Assembly: GCF_963921235.1 (NCBI RefSeq) | Contig: NC_086097.1 | Coordinates: 165,480,001-165,544,000 of the forward strand | Origin: Mobula hypostoma | Taxonomy: Eukaryota | Length of the DNA stretch: 64,000 nt | Direction: 5' to 3' | In this document: piece after piece, positions 12,565 through 25,440 of the stretch | Position numbering within the stretch: the stretch's first letter is position 1 | How the letters are laid out: each line of letters opens with the position of its first letter | Notes under the pieces: model-generated | Told to the model about the DNA's origin: nothing | What the model saw: only the letters and a program-made list of their open reading frames with translations | Databases searched by the model: none | Translations under genes and position numbers: made by a program

Positions 12565-12833
12565 AATCACTACTGCGAAGCTTCTTCCGGTGATGCCTAC
12601 ACTGAAGAAGTTTAAATCTTCTCTTCGACGGGAGTTCAGTGAAACTATCTCTCACTGCTCCCCATCTCTTACTAGCTCTCCTTTCAGTTAGTCCTGACGA
12701 GGGGTCTCGGCCGGAAACACCAACTGTACCTCTTCCTAGAGATGCTGCCTGGCCTGCTGCATTCACCAACTTTGATGTGTGTTGCTTGAATTTCCAGCAT
12801 CTGCAGATTTCCTCGTGTTTGCGTTTTTAATCA
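12565..12833 (+). mobile_element. PLE terminal fragment with degenerate hammerhead
   Basis: agtc-ctgacga-ggggtctcggccg-gaaa-cacc from 12690, followed by the same 3' tail as 20848-20980. Confidence 0.8.
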
Positions 12834-14691
12834 GGAACAATTGTGATTCCTATGGCATGGGTATTTTACTGCGCAATGCAACTTCACTATTGAAGTTGAC
12901 TTTAGCAGACACCTTGTAAGAGATTCTACCTTTTCAATGTCTATGCTGTCTTTCTTCCAGCAGTTCTTATTGCTGTTGCTCACCTCATGGCTAAGTGTTC
13001 TGAGTGGCAACTTTTGTTTAAATGCACCTGACAGCAAACTTCACACGACGTTTGGATTTACTAGTTAAGAAAGTTAAAGATGTCAGCTGTATGTTAACTC
13101 CAGCTGCTCTACAGATGGAGCTGTGCACCTAGACGAGCAGATAAAGCAGTTCATTCAGGATAAACTTATATTTGTGCCCCAAATGCTGATGGTCAGATTT
13201 ATTGATGTCATTGCTGTTGCCCTTCTGATCACCTGTACCCTCGCTTTTTTTTATTTCCCTTATGCACTGGTGCAATGCATTGAAGGTGAACATTGACATT
13301 CTTCCTCAGAGCTGTTGAGACAACAAGAGTCAAGTGGATGTCAGCTGACTCTGGAATACCATGCAGAGTCTTTTGCTGCTGCAGTTAATGGGACTTGACA
13401 TCAAGAAGGAACTCCAAAGCAAAATAATGGACTAGCAAGCTTCTTTTTTTGCTTTGGACTCCATGATAATCAGTGATTGATCCTTGGAGCAAGATGAAAT
13501 GTGCTCAGTTTCTCCTTCCAAGAAGGTCTGTAATTAGTAGCCTTAAGGAAGAGGATGGCTTAGTTAAGCCCCTTGTAGCCAGAAATATTAAGTATCACTA
13601 AATATGTTTGTAGTAGGCCATGTAGTTTGAGGGTCACAGACTGCACACTGACACAAACCTTCCCATCCTTCATCTGAAGTTTTAGTTGCATATACAGTAC
13701 AGTAAGTGCCCTCAGAAAAAGGCCAACATCCTGTGAACTCAAATGATTCTAAACTATGGGCTTAGTTTGCAAAATGTTAATGAGAAATAAGGTGACTGTT
13801 CGACAGTAACATAGTTGTTTAAAAGAAAAACTTCTGAAATTTGGAAATAAAGGAAGTCCATTTCTCAATTTGAGTATTTACCAACTTTTTACTTATTTAC
13901 TGTACCAGTAATTAGCCCATGACTTAGTACAACTTTCTGTCTACAGATATCATTGCCTTAAGCTGTATAATGTAACCAGTGGACTAACTTGGTGAATGCC
14001 CCCAAAATAAATTTCCTCATTGCTGTATTTCCAGCAATATTTGAGAAAAGTAGTTGCTTCCTGATTATTTATACTTTTAAATAGAATTTTAAAATTTCTT
14101 CAGTCATCAAAGATAATTTGTTGAAAGCTAATTTCTAAGAACATAAAATCATTTTGCTGTCAACTAATGTCATACTTTTATCATCTTTGTTGTGAAAAAT
14201 GGGTAGTTGGTATAAATTTATTTGGTAATCTATAGTACACTGAAAATTTATGGAATATTTCCACACAGATTCAACACATCAAGCTCTTGCCAGCTTTCTG
14301 CACGAACATTCCTTTTCCCCATTTTCCCCCTGTAAGTTTGAATCTATATCCAGTGTTTACCTAATTGTCTTTTGAAAGTGATGACCATCAACAGATCACT
14401 TGCAATACCAGAGGAAACAACACACTGGACCATTGCTACACCACCATCAAGAATGCCTACTGTGCTATTCCACGCCCTCACTTCGGGAAGTCTGATCATC
14501 TAGCTGTACTTCTACTCCCTAAGCACAGGCAGAGACTGAAGACTGCAGCACCAGCAGTTAGGACCAAGAAGGTTTGGACAAAGGAAGCACAGGAGCACCT
14601 ATAGCAGGGGTCCCCAACCTTTTTTGCATCGTGGACCGGTTTAATATTGACAATATTCTTGTGGACTGGCTGACCGGGGTGGGTGTTCAAG

Positions 14692-17600
14692 TAGGGTTAA
14701 ACTTGCCTCAACATGTCTTTTACAGTTAGGGTTGCCAACTTTCTCACTCCCAAATAAGGGACAAAATACTGTACGTATAACCATATAATAATTACAGCAC
14801 GGAAACAGGCCATCTCGGCCCTTCTAGTCCGTGCCGAACTCCTCCTCTCACCTAGTCCCACTGACCTGCACTCGGTCCATAACCCTCCATTCCTTTCCTG
14901 TCCATATATCTATCCAAATTAACTTCAAATGACAACATCGAACGTGCCTCAACCACTTCTGCTGGAAGCTCGTTCCCCACAGCCACCACTCTCTGAGTAA
15001 AGAAGTTCCCCCTCATGTTACCCCTAAACTTTTGCCCTTTAACTCTCCACTCATGTCCTCTTGTTTGAATCTCCCCCACTCTCAATGGAAAAAGCCTATC
15101 CACATCAACTCTTATCAATACCCCTCATAATTTTTAAACACCTCTATCAAGTTCCCTCTCAACCTTCTACGCTCCAAAGAATAAAGACCTAACTTGTTCA
15201 ACCTTTCTCTGTAACTTAGGAGATGAAACCCAGGCAACATTTTAGTAAACCTCCTCTGTACTCTCTCAATTTTATTGACATCTTTCCTATAATTTGGTGA
15301 CCAGAATTGTACACAATACTTCAAATTTGGCCTTACCAATGCCTTATACAATTTCATAGTCATACTTTATTGATCCCGGGGGATCAATATTACATCCCAT
15401 TCCTATACTCAGTACGCTGATTAATAAAGGCCAGCATACCAAAAGCTTTCTTCACCACCCCATCCACATGAGATTCCACCTTCAGGGAACTATGCACCAT
15501 TATTCCTAGATCCCTCTGTCCTACAGCATTCTTCAGTGCCCTACCATTTACCATGTATGTCCTATTTTGATTAGTCCTACCAAAATGTAGTACCTCACAT
15601 TTTTCAGCATTAAACTCCATCTGCCATCTTTCAGCCCACTCTTCTAACTGGCGTAAATCTCTCTGCAAGCTTTGAAAACCTACTTCATTATCCACAACGC
15701 CACCTATCTTAGCATCATCTGCATACTTACTAATCCAGTTTACCACCCCATCATCCAGATCATTAATATATATGACAAACAACATTGGACCCAGTACAGA
15801 TCCTAGAGGCACACTGCTACACACTGCCCTACAATCTGACACACAGTTATCCACCACTATTCTCTGGCGTCTCCGATCCAGCCACTGCTGAATCCATTTT
15901 ACTACTTTGATATTAATGCCTAACGATTGAACCTTCCTAACTAACCTTCCGTGTGGAACCTTGTCAAAGGCCTTACTGAAGTCCATATAGACACCATCCA
16001 CCGCTTTACCCTCATCAACTTTCCTAGTAACCTCATCAAAAAATTGAATAAGATGTGTCAAACATGACCTTCCACGCACAAATCCACGTTGACTGTTCCT
16101 AATCAGACACTGTCTTTCCAGATAATTATATATACCATCTCTAAGAATACTCTCCATCAATTTACCCACCACTGACGTCAAACTCACAGGCCGATAATTG
16201 CTAAGTTTACTCTAAGAACCCTTTTTAAACCATGGAACCACATGAGCAATACGCCAATCCTCCGGCAACATCCCCGTTTCTAATGACATTTGAAATATTT
16301 CTGTCAAAGCCCCTGCTATTTCCACACTAACTTCCCTCAAGGTCCTAGAGAACATCTTGTCCAGACCCAGAGAGTTATCCTCTTTTATGTTCCTTAAAAG
16401 CGCCAGAACTTCCTCTTCTTTAATTGTCATACTTTCCATAACTACCCTTCTTGTTTCCTTTACCTTACACAATTCAATATCCTTCTCCTTAGTGAATACC
16501 GAAGAAAAGAAATTGTTCAAAATCTTCCCCATCTCTTTTGGCTCCGCACATAGCCGTCCACTCTGATTCTCTAAGGGACCAATTTTATCCCTCGCTATCC
16601 TTTTGCTATTTATATAACTGTAGAAACCCTTTGGATTTATCTTCACCTTACTTGCTAAAGCTGCCTCGTATCTTCTTTTAGCTTTTCTAATTTCTTTCTT
16701 AAGACTCTTTTTACATTCTTTATATTCCTTGAGCACCTATGTTTATTATATTCCTTGATGCCTATATTTATTGTAAATCCCTCTCTTTTTCCCAACCAAG
16801 TTTCCTACATCCCTTGAAAACCATGGCTCTCTCAAACTTTTAATCTTTCATTTCAACCTAACAGGAACATAAGGATCCTGTACCCTCAAAATTTCACCTT
16901 TAAATGACCTCCATTTCTCTATTACATCCTTCCCATAAAACAAATTGTCCTAATCCACTCCTTCTAAATCCTTTCGCATCTCCTCAAAGTTAGCCTTTCT
17001 CCAATCAAAAATCTCAACCCTGGGTCCGGTCCTATCCTCCTCCATAATTATATTGAAACTAATGTTATTGTGATCACTGGACCGGAAGTGCTCCCCAACA
17101 CATACCTCTGTCACCTGCCCTATCTCATTCCCTAACAGGAGATCCAACACTGCCCATTCTCTAGTTGGTACCTCTATGTTTGCTGCAACAAACTATCTTG
17201 CACACATTTGACAAAATCCAAACCATCCAGCCCTTTTACAGAATGGGCTCCCCAGTCTATGTGTGGAAAATTAAAATCTCCCACGATCACAACCTTGTGC
17301 TTACTACAAATATTTGCTATCTCCTTACAAATTTGCTCCTCTAGTTCTCGGTCCCCATTAGGTGGTCTATAATACACCCCTATAAGCATCACTACATCTC
17401 TCCTATCCTCAGTTCCACCCAAATAGCCTCCCTGGACGAGTCCACTAATCTAACCTGCCAGTGGACCGCTGTTATATTTTCTCTGACAAGCAATGCTACA
17501 CCTCCCACTCTTGCCCCTCCTATTCTATCACACCTGAAGCAACGAAATCCTGGAATATTTAGTTGCCAATCACACCCCTCCTGCAACCACATTTCACTAA

Positions 17601-18237
17601 TAGCTACAACATCATATTTCCAGGTATCAATCCATGCTCTAAGCTCATCCACCTTTCTTACAATGCTCCTAGCATTAAAATAGATGCATTTGAGAAACTC
17701 TCCACCTCTTGCTCTCTGTTTATCCTTAATGGAGCAAACAACTTTGCTATCTTTTTCTTCCTTGCCCCCTACATCTTTGGTCTGAGTGCTCCTGATCTCT
17801 GTCCCCTGCCTATCCTCCCTCACACACTGCCTACTAGCTTTCTCTATTTGTGAACTAACCTCCTCTCTCCTAGTCTCTTTGATACCCACCCCCCAACCAT
17901 TCTAGTAGTACATAAGTTATTTCTACTTTATATAGGCTGTGTATTTATCATATCATTCCTGCTTTTACTATATATTAGTGTTATTTATTTTCGGTTTTAT
18001 GTGTTATTTGGTATGATTTGTTAGGTTATTTTTTGGGTCTGAGAACGCTCAAAAATTTTTCCCATATAAATTATGGTAATTGCTTCTTCGCTTTACGCCA
18101 TTTCGGCACGAAAGGTTTCATAGGAATGCTCTACCTTAGCTGGGGAAGTACGGGAGAAGGGTGGTCCTGTATGGGACAAACCAATTTAGTCCAATATACG
18201 GGATATCCCAGCAAATATGGAGCAGCTGGCAACCCTG
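14692..18237. mobile_element. Inner hAT-like MITE
   Basis: Ends tagggtt(gcca) ... tggcaaccctg with 8-bp TSD tgttcaag at 14684-14691 and 18238-18245. Confidence 0.7.
14772..17906 (-). mobile_element. CR1 LINE, near-complete ORF2 and 3' UTR, 5'-truncated
   Basis: KCIYFNARSI..DVVAISE, VYYRPP, VGDFNFP, SDHN, SQ.GFV.GRSCLT, YMDFSKAFDKV, YADDAK, LERRRLRG and TRGH motifs. 3' tail gcctgtttccgtgctgtaa. Confidence 0.95.
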
Positions 18238-20846
18238 TGTTCAAGTTCAACAGTGTGTAACAGGGAATGAGGAAAGGTGCAGCTGACTCATATTGTTTCC
18301 TTACGGCCCGGTAGCACATGCTTTGCAGCCCGGTGGTTGGGGACCACTGACCTATAGGACGGCTTTGAATTGGTGGACTGGACTGTTTTCAGGGATTCAT
18401 CTTTGAATCTGGATGAGTATGCTGCAGTTGTTACCGACTCCATTAAAACCTGTGTGGATGAGTGTGTGCCTACAAAGACTTACTGTACATTCCCAAACCA
18501 AAAGCTGTGGATGACTACTACGTCGACTCAGGCCTAGGGTGCCGTCGTCAGGCACAATGACGGACTCTCCACTTCTCTCTCTCCCTCATCAGTATGTTCA
18601 GTTCATCTACATTAACCCCGCTGCTATCTTCTAGGAGAGTGTTGACCATAGTCTTGGGAGGGCGCCCAGGGTTCATCCTCCCGTGCTTGGGCTCCCATAT
18701 GAGGACGTGGCGTAGACAGTGCCCTGCTAGTTGCAGTCTTCTTGCCTCGATTTTAGTGATGAGCATCGAAGTTCGTCGTGCTGTTGCCAACGCACGTCAA
18801 GAGCCGTCCCGAGCATTCGTGTATAGCAACCATTTAGAGACTTTCGCATAGTCTTGGTGAGTGTCCATGTCTTGCATCCGTACGTGAGAATGGACTCTTA
18901 TGACTGCTATGAAAATCCTCTTTTTAAGCCCTCTGGTCAGGTTCGACTTCCAGATTTCCTGCATGTTGTTCATAGCTCTCCACGCCAGCGCCTTCCATAT
19001 CTTTATGTCCTTCTCCGAACTCATCATTCTTGACCCGAGGTACTTGTAGTCAAAGACTTTCTTAATGGCATCATTCTTTACGGTCTTGAGAGTACCTTTG
19101 TCGCAGTTAAACGCCATGTACTCTGTCTTTTTAGCGTTTAGGTGAAGTCCAACTTTATTGCACTCAATTTCCACTTCTGTCAGTAACTGCTGTGCTTCCT
19201 CCATGTGGTCAGAGAGCAGGACTATGTCATCTGCAAAATCTAGATCTGTGAGCATAACTGGTCTGACCCTTTTGGTTTGTCCTGGTTTTATGGTAAAACC
19301 AAGCTTGTCATGATCTTTGGTAGCTTGTTGCAGAGCGTAATCAAGGACGATTATAAAGATGTAGGGTGCCAAAGTGTCTCCTTGCAGCACACCAGCTAGG
19401 AGCTCAAACACTGCTGTTTCTCTGTCTGGTGATACAACTTTTGCCATGGTTTTGGTATAGCTGGACTCTATTGCTCTCAGTTGAAGGTCTGGCACTCCGT
19501 AAGCTTTCAGGGTCTTCAACATTTTACCTCGGTGAATGGAGTCAAAAGCTTTGTGAAAATCAATGTAAGTAAGCACGGCTAGTAGGTTGCTCTTCTTGAC
19601 TTCCTCGATGATCCTACGGAGAGCAAGTATTTGCATTACTGTTGTGCACTTCTGCCGAAAACCATTCTGATTGAATCTTAGCTTAGGATCAATGGCGGTG
19701 CGAATCCTGTTCAAGATCATCTGATTGTATAGCTTTGCTAAGATGCAGGTCAAGCTGATACCGCGGAAGTTATCTGTCTTAGTGAGGGATCCAGACTTGG
19801 GGACTGGGATAATGTTTGAGAGTGACCACTGTTCTGGTTTGTCGCCTTTCATCAGTGCCATATTACATATTTCCAGCAAGATGTTGTCCAGGTCGCAGTT
19901 CTTCAGGACATCTGGTGGTATCCCATCTGGTCCAGTGCTCCTGCCCTGTTTGAGTGCATATTTGGCCTTCTTCAGTTCCTCAATGGTGAAGGGGCCGTCA
20001 TCGATGTCGACTTGTGTTAGTATCGTGGGTATGTCCTCTTCTTCTTCTGTGATCGTTGGAGGGCTTCCCAGCAGGTTCTTAAAGTGGGTAAACCATGTCT
20101 GGACACGGTCCTCTGTTGTTTTACCACTTATATGAACTGATGGGGACTTCTTCCGTCTACTGATCTCATTGACTGGGCACCATGCTTCTCCATGCTGCAT
20201 GTCTTCATTAGCAGCCTGTATCTCTCTAATCCTCTCAGCTAGTTCCTCTTCTTCAGTTGGTCATAGGTGGCAAAGAGATTCTTCTTTGCTGTCTTGGTCT
20301 TGTCTCAGCTCTCCTGTTTTGCTCCTAAGTTCGGCATGACAAGCATTGACCACACCTCTTGTTGCGACGATGTCAGGATGTTTGGAGATCCAGGTCTTCT
20401 TGATTCGCTTCACAGTAGGCAAACTCTTTGTTGCATCTGTGTGTGCGTCTATGAGCCATTGATAGCGGTCGGTGGCAGTCTCTTCCTCCCCCCTTTCCAG
20501 TGGGCCAAAGCAATTTCTCACCTCCACTATGTACTGGGCTTGAAGAATAGTTTGTGAGGAGAATGCCTCCAGTCTACCTTCTCCTTGGGACCTGTGGCTT
20601 TGGGTTGCCGCAGGCTCAGTCTCACTTGCATTGACACTACTCTGTGGTCAGAACTGACCGAGTTGAAGGTGCTGTAGGGTTCTGTGTTGATCACACAATT
20701 ACGCCATTTTGTTCTTATGAGGATGTAGTCGAGCTGTTTCCTGTAGATGGAGGCACTGTTTTCGTATGTCCACAGTTTACCAGCTCGCTTCTTGAATTGT
20801 GTGTTGGCGGCAATGAGACTGTGTTCCTGGATGAAATCAATTAGAT

Positions 20847-20882
20847 AGTCCTGACGAAGGGTCTCGGCCTGAAACGTCGACT
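20847..20882 (+). ncRNA. Minimal type I hammerhead ribozyme motif
   Basis: agtc-CTGACGA-agggtctcggcct-GAAA-cGTC-gact: intact core, stem I agtc/gact, GUC cleavage triplet. Confidence 0.75.
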
Positions 20883-20980
20883 GCACCTCTTCCTAGAGAT
20901 GCTGCCTGGCCTGCTGCGTTCACCAGCACCTTTTATGTGTGTTGCTTGAATTTCCAGCATCTGCAGAATTCCTGTTGTTT
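20848..20980 (+). mobile_element. 133-bp PLE-derived insertion containing a hammerhead motif
   Basis: TSD tcaattagata at 20837-20847 and 20981-20991. Removing it restores the RTE frame NRNGQYLIDFIQEH. Confidence 0.9.
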
Positions 20981-23900
20981 TCAATTAGATATTGTCCATT
21001 TCTGTTGGTAAAGTCTTGGTATGAGTATGGAACATCTTCCAGTCCGACCTGGGCATTAAAGTCGCCGAGCACAGCCAGGAAGTTATGTGCCGGTATTGAA
21101 GTGACAGCTTCATGAAGTTTACTGTGGAAGGCCTCCACCTCCTTCTCCTCACTGCAGTTGTACGGGGAGTAACAGATGATGACAGAGGTTGCTGGGTTTC
21201 CGTCAAATTCCGCAGTAAGGATTCTGTCACTGACTGAGACTACGCCCCTCAGTGCCTTCTTCGCCTTGCGGCTCAACATCAGCCCTACTCCTCCTTGTGC
21301 TGACATCGTCGTCGGCTGTCTCCATGCGGACGAGGTGATGAGGTGCATCCTCTCTACCTCTGTGAACCTTATCTCTTCGTCAGGGTGTATACAACGGTGT
21401 TTTTGGATCCCCAGGATGGAGATCTCGTAGCTGCTTGCCTGTGATGCCAACTCTGTGCATCGAGGCAAGAGGCGGATGGTGTTTGCGTTGAAGGTTGAGA
21501 TGATCGTTTTTACCTTACAACGCAAAAGAGGCGCAGTTCGCTCGGCCCCCTGTCGGACTCAACCCTCCCTGTGGGGTTTGAGGTTGCATCGTCATACTGC
21601 CTGTCTCGGCCAGGGTCTGGGTGTTCCGCAGAGTTCCTGAGCACTCCCGGCTCTGGAAGTATAAGGTTTGTTGGCTTGTCTGTCATCATAATGCCTTACA
21701 TAATGCTGTGGATGAACCAGGAGGTAACGTCGTCTGCTGAAGACTAGATCTGTTTTATTCAAGTCTGGCAACCCAGACCTGTACCAGAAAACCAGGTATG
21801 ATTTGTGGAGGGCTATTTCAAGGGCAAAGAGACAATTCCAAATGAGGTTGGAAGAGATATCAGATGCACGGCAACTCTGGCAGGGTCTGCAAGACATTGC
21901 TTCCTACAAAGCGAAACCCAATAGTATGAATGGCAGCGATGCTTCACTACACCTTCTATGCATGCTTTGAAAGGGAGAACACAACTACAGCTGTGAAGAT
22001 CCCTGCTGCACCTGATGACCCTGTGATCTCTGTCTCAGAGGCCGATGTTAGACTGTCTTTAAAGAGAGTGAACCCTCGCAAGTCGGAAGGTCCCGATGGA
22101 GTACCTGGTAAGGCTCTGAAAACCTGTGCCGACCAACTAGCGGGAGTATTCAAGGACATTTTCAACCTTCCACTTGCTTCAAAAAGGCAACAATTATACC
22201 AGTGCCTAAGAAGAATAATGTGGTCTGCCTTAATGACTATCGCCCGGTAGCACTCGCATCAACAGTGATGAAATGCTTTGAGAGGTTGGTTATAACTAGA
22301 CTGAACTGCTGCCTCAGCAAGGACCTGGACCCATTGCAATTTGCCTATCACCACAATAGGTCAATGGCAGGTGCAATCTCAGTGGCTGTCCACACTGTAG
22401 ACCACCTAGACAACACAAAGACCTACGTCAGGATGCTTTTCATTAACTATAGCTCAGCATTTAATACCATCATTCCCAAAATCCTGATTGCGAAGTTGCA
22501 GAACCTGGGCCTCTGTACCTCCCTCTGCAATTGGATCCTCAGTTTCCTAACCGGAAGACCATAGTCTGTGCGGATTGGTGATAACATATCCTCCTCGCTG
22601 ACAATCAACACTGGCGCACTTCAAAGGTGTGTGCTTAGCCCACTGTTCTACTCTTTATATACACGTGACTGTGTGGCCAGGCATAGCTCAAATACCATCT
22701 ACAAATTTGCTGACGGTACAACCATCGTTGGTAGAATCTCAGATGGTGACGAGAGGACGTACAGGAGTGAGATATGCCAACTAATGGAATGGTGCCGCAG
22801 CAACAACCTGGCACTCAACGTCAGTAAGACGAAAGAGCTGATTGTGGACTTCAGGAAGGGTAAGACGAAGGAGCACATACCAATCCTCATAGAGGGATCA
22901 GAAGTGGAGAGTGAACAGCTTCAAGTTCCTCAGTGTCAAGATCTCTGAGGAATTAATCTGGCCCCAACATATCGATGTAGTCATAAAGAAGGCAAAACAT
23001 CAGCTGTACTTCATTAGGAATTTGAAGAGATTTGACATGTCAGCAAATACACTCAAAAACTTCGATAGTTGTACTGTGGAGAGTATTCTGACAGGCCGCA
23101 TCACTGTCTGGTATGGGGGGCTTACTGCGCAGGACTGAAAGAAGCTGCAGAATGTTGTTAAGTCTAGTCAGCTCCATCTTGGGCACTAGCCTACAAAGTA
23201 CCCAGGACATCTTTGGGGAGCAGTGTCTCAGAAAGGCAGCGTCCATTATTAAGGACCTCCAGCACCCAAGGCATGCCCTTTTCTCACTGTTACCATCAGA
23301 TAGGAGATACAGAAGCCTGAAGGCACACACTAGCGATTCAGGAACAGCTTCTTCCCCTCTACCATCCAATTCCTAAATGGACATTGAAGCTTTGGACACT
23401 ACTTTTTTTAATATACACTATTTCTGTTTTTTGCACATTTAAAAAAATCTATTCGATATACGTAATTGATATACTTGTTTATTATGTTTTATTTTATTTA
23501 TTATTATTATTTTTTCTCTCTGCTAGATTATGTATTGCATTGAACTGCTGCTGCTGAGTTAACAAATTTCACATCCAGTGCCGGTGATAATAAACCTGAT
23601 TCTAATTCTAATGAGTCTGTGTGCTTTTAGGCAGAGTACTCTAACACACTGTCATTTGCTTTGTGAAAAAGCTTTTCCACATTTTTTTTGGTTCTTTGCT
23701 GCTCACTTAATCTACACCTCCCTTTTATCCTCTGCCTACTTTCTTGATAATGTATATCTCATAAATTTTCTTGTTGCTTGAAGAAAGGGAGGATCTAAAA
23801 GGTTTGTTACATACTTTAATGAACTTTTATTTTCTTGTTATTTGTTGAGATACAGCACAGAATAGGCCTTTCTGGCTCGTTGACCTGTGCTGCCCAAGCA

Positions 23901-24141
23901 ACCCCTGATTGAACTCAGCCTAAATCATGGGATAATTTACAACGACCAATTAACCTACCAACTAATTTTCGCAATCGGTACCTGCCTAAACGTAAATTGG
24001 AAAGAGAAAATGGTTTCTCTTTTCCAGATTGTCATATTGTAAACTTTTTTGGATTATTATGGAATTGTTTTTGTTTAATACCTCTTGCATTCTCAGGTGT
24101 TATGGACAGGTAATGAAAGGGAGAAATTCCCAGGTGCAACA

Positions 24142-24385
24142 ATGACTGAATGTTTCCTGCCACCAACGAGCAGTCCCAGTGAACACCGCAGGGCTGAGCA
24201 TGGCAGTGGCCTAGCTCGTACTCCAAGCTCCGAGGAGATCAGTCCTACAAAATTCCCAGGACTGTATCGAACAGGTGAAGTTTCACCTCCTCATGAAGGC
24301 CTGCATGAGTCTGTTGATATAGTGTCTGACGACGAAAAGGAGCACACAAAGAAAAAAGGCAAATTTAAAAAGAAAGAAAAAAGAA
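24142..24385 (+). CDS. RALBP1: RalA-binding protein 1, coding exon 2 (start codon)
   Basis: ATG at 24142 gives MTECFLPPTSSPSEHRRAEHGSGLARTPSSEEISPTKFPGLYRTGE...KKKGKFKKKEKR, the RALBP1 N-terminus. Acceptor tctcag|24097, donor a|gtaag at 24386. Confidence 0.97.
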
Positions 24386-24779
24386 GTAAGTATTGTTCAC
24401 CAAAGATCATGATATGTTTACTTTGACCATAAAAATGCACCAGGACTGTTACTATGATTTAACTGATCGTGTGAGGAAAGTAGTGGATGGACAAGAGGGG
24501 TAAACTGATCTTTTTAATCCCTGGATCCTGATTTTTTTTTTACTCCACTCAAAAAATTGACTGTGAAGGTTGTGTGTTTAGTTCTCAGTCCAGCTGCTAA
24601 TGGGTTTGAACCTACAATATAAACTGACTTCATTATTAGATATCTCACTCAGGCTGAAGTGAGATATAACAAATAAATTATATCATACGACCGTATGTCT
24701 CCACTCTACAGTTTGTTCTGAAATGGAAAACATTTGATTTCCCAATACTAATATTCTCATCTTGGTGAGCAGAAACAAT

Positions 24780-25440
24780 ATGAGCCATAATTTGCAAATG
24801 GTAAATTATTGTAGTTATACTATATTCAATAATATTTTTGGGTGATGAGAAACTGGTAAAAATTGGTGTACAGAAGAATATTGATGTGTATGCAGATAGA
24901 GCAAGTGATTAAGAGGCAAATGACTATCATTATTGCAAAGTGATTGGCATACAGGAGCGAGGAAAGCTTCCTGTGATTCCACATGACTTTAAGTCCGCAT
25001 CTGATGTACTGTGTATAGTTTTGCTCTCTATTTAAAGACATGCTTGTCTTGGAACTAGTGTAATGTTGAATCAGTAGATTAGTTCATTGGATGTGATTTT
25101 CTTCTGGAGATTGAACAGAGATAGTCTGTCTATACAGCACTCTGGAGTTTGACATGTTGAAACCTAATTTTTTTTTTGAAGGATAAATGGTCAATCTAGA
25201 ACTTTTGGGCTATAGGCTCAAGATAATAAATTGTCCATTTAGAATTGACATTAAACAGGACAACTCCTTTTAAATTTTTGGCATTGTACAGTTCAGAGAA
25301 CAATGGGTAATCTCCCAGAGAGTATATTCAAGATTAATATTGATAGAATTTTGGGGACATGAGGAATTCCAAGGAGTGGGAATCAGTTAGGAAAGTGGAT
25401 TTAAGGCAATCACCATACTTTTATCGAGTTATGACGGAGG
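24780..25440 (+). mobile_element. Old degenerate CR1 3' fragment
   Basis: Decayed tactgtgtatagttttg and related CR1 3' motifs. Confidence 0.55.

Larger units (their letters stand above)
14605..18349. mobile_element. hAT (Charlie-like) non-autonomous composite element
   Basis: TIRs caggggtccccaacc / ggttggggaccactg with 8-bp TSD acctatag at 14597-14604 and 18350-18357. Confidence 0.9.
18515..21704 (-). mobile_element. RTE-clade LINE, near full length
   Basis: Endonuclease motifs ISTFNANT, GVGLM, VLGDFNA, QLDYIL and SDH. RT motifs NFRGISL, QNGFR, IDF.KAFDSI, GVLQGDTLAP and FADD. (tag)n tail and TSD gctgtggatga at 18504-18514 and 21705-21715. Confidence 0.92.
14384..23610 (+). mobile_element. 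Rex1/Babar LINE split by insertions (segments 14384-14604, 18358-18514, 21716-23610)
   Basis: [66 protein letters not shown] and KFADGTT. Coding sequence joins across the TSDs. Confidence 0.92.

Noticed and set aside
18797..20200. 467-aa RT ORF as a domesticated gene or active element
   Set aside because: It is part of an RTE copy with frameshifts, stops and an insertion in its endonuclease region.
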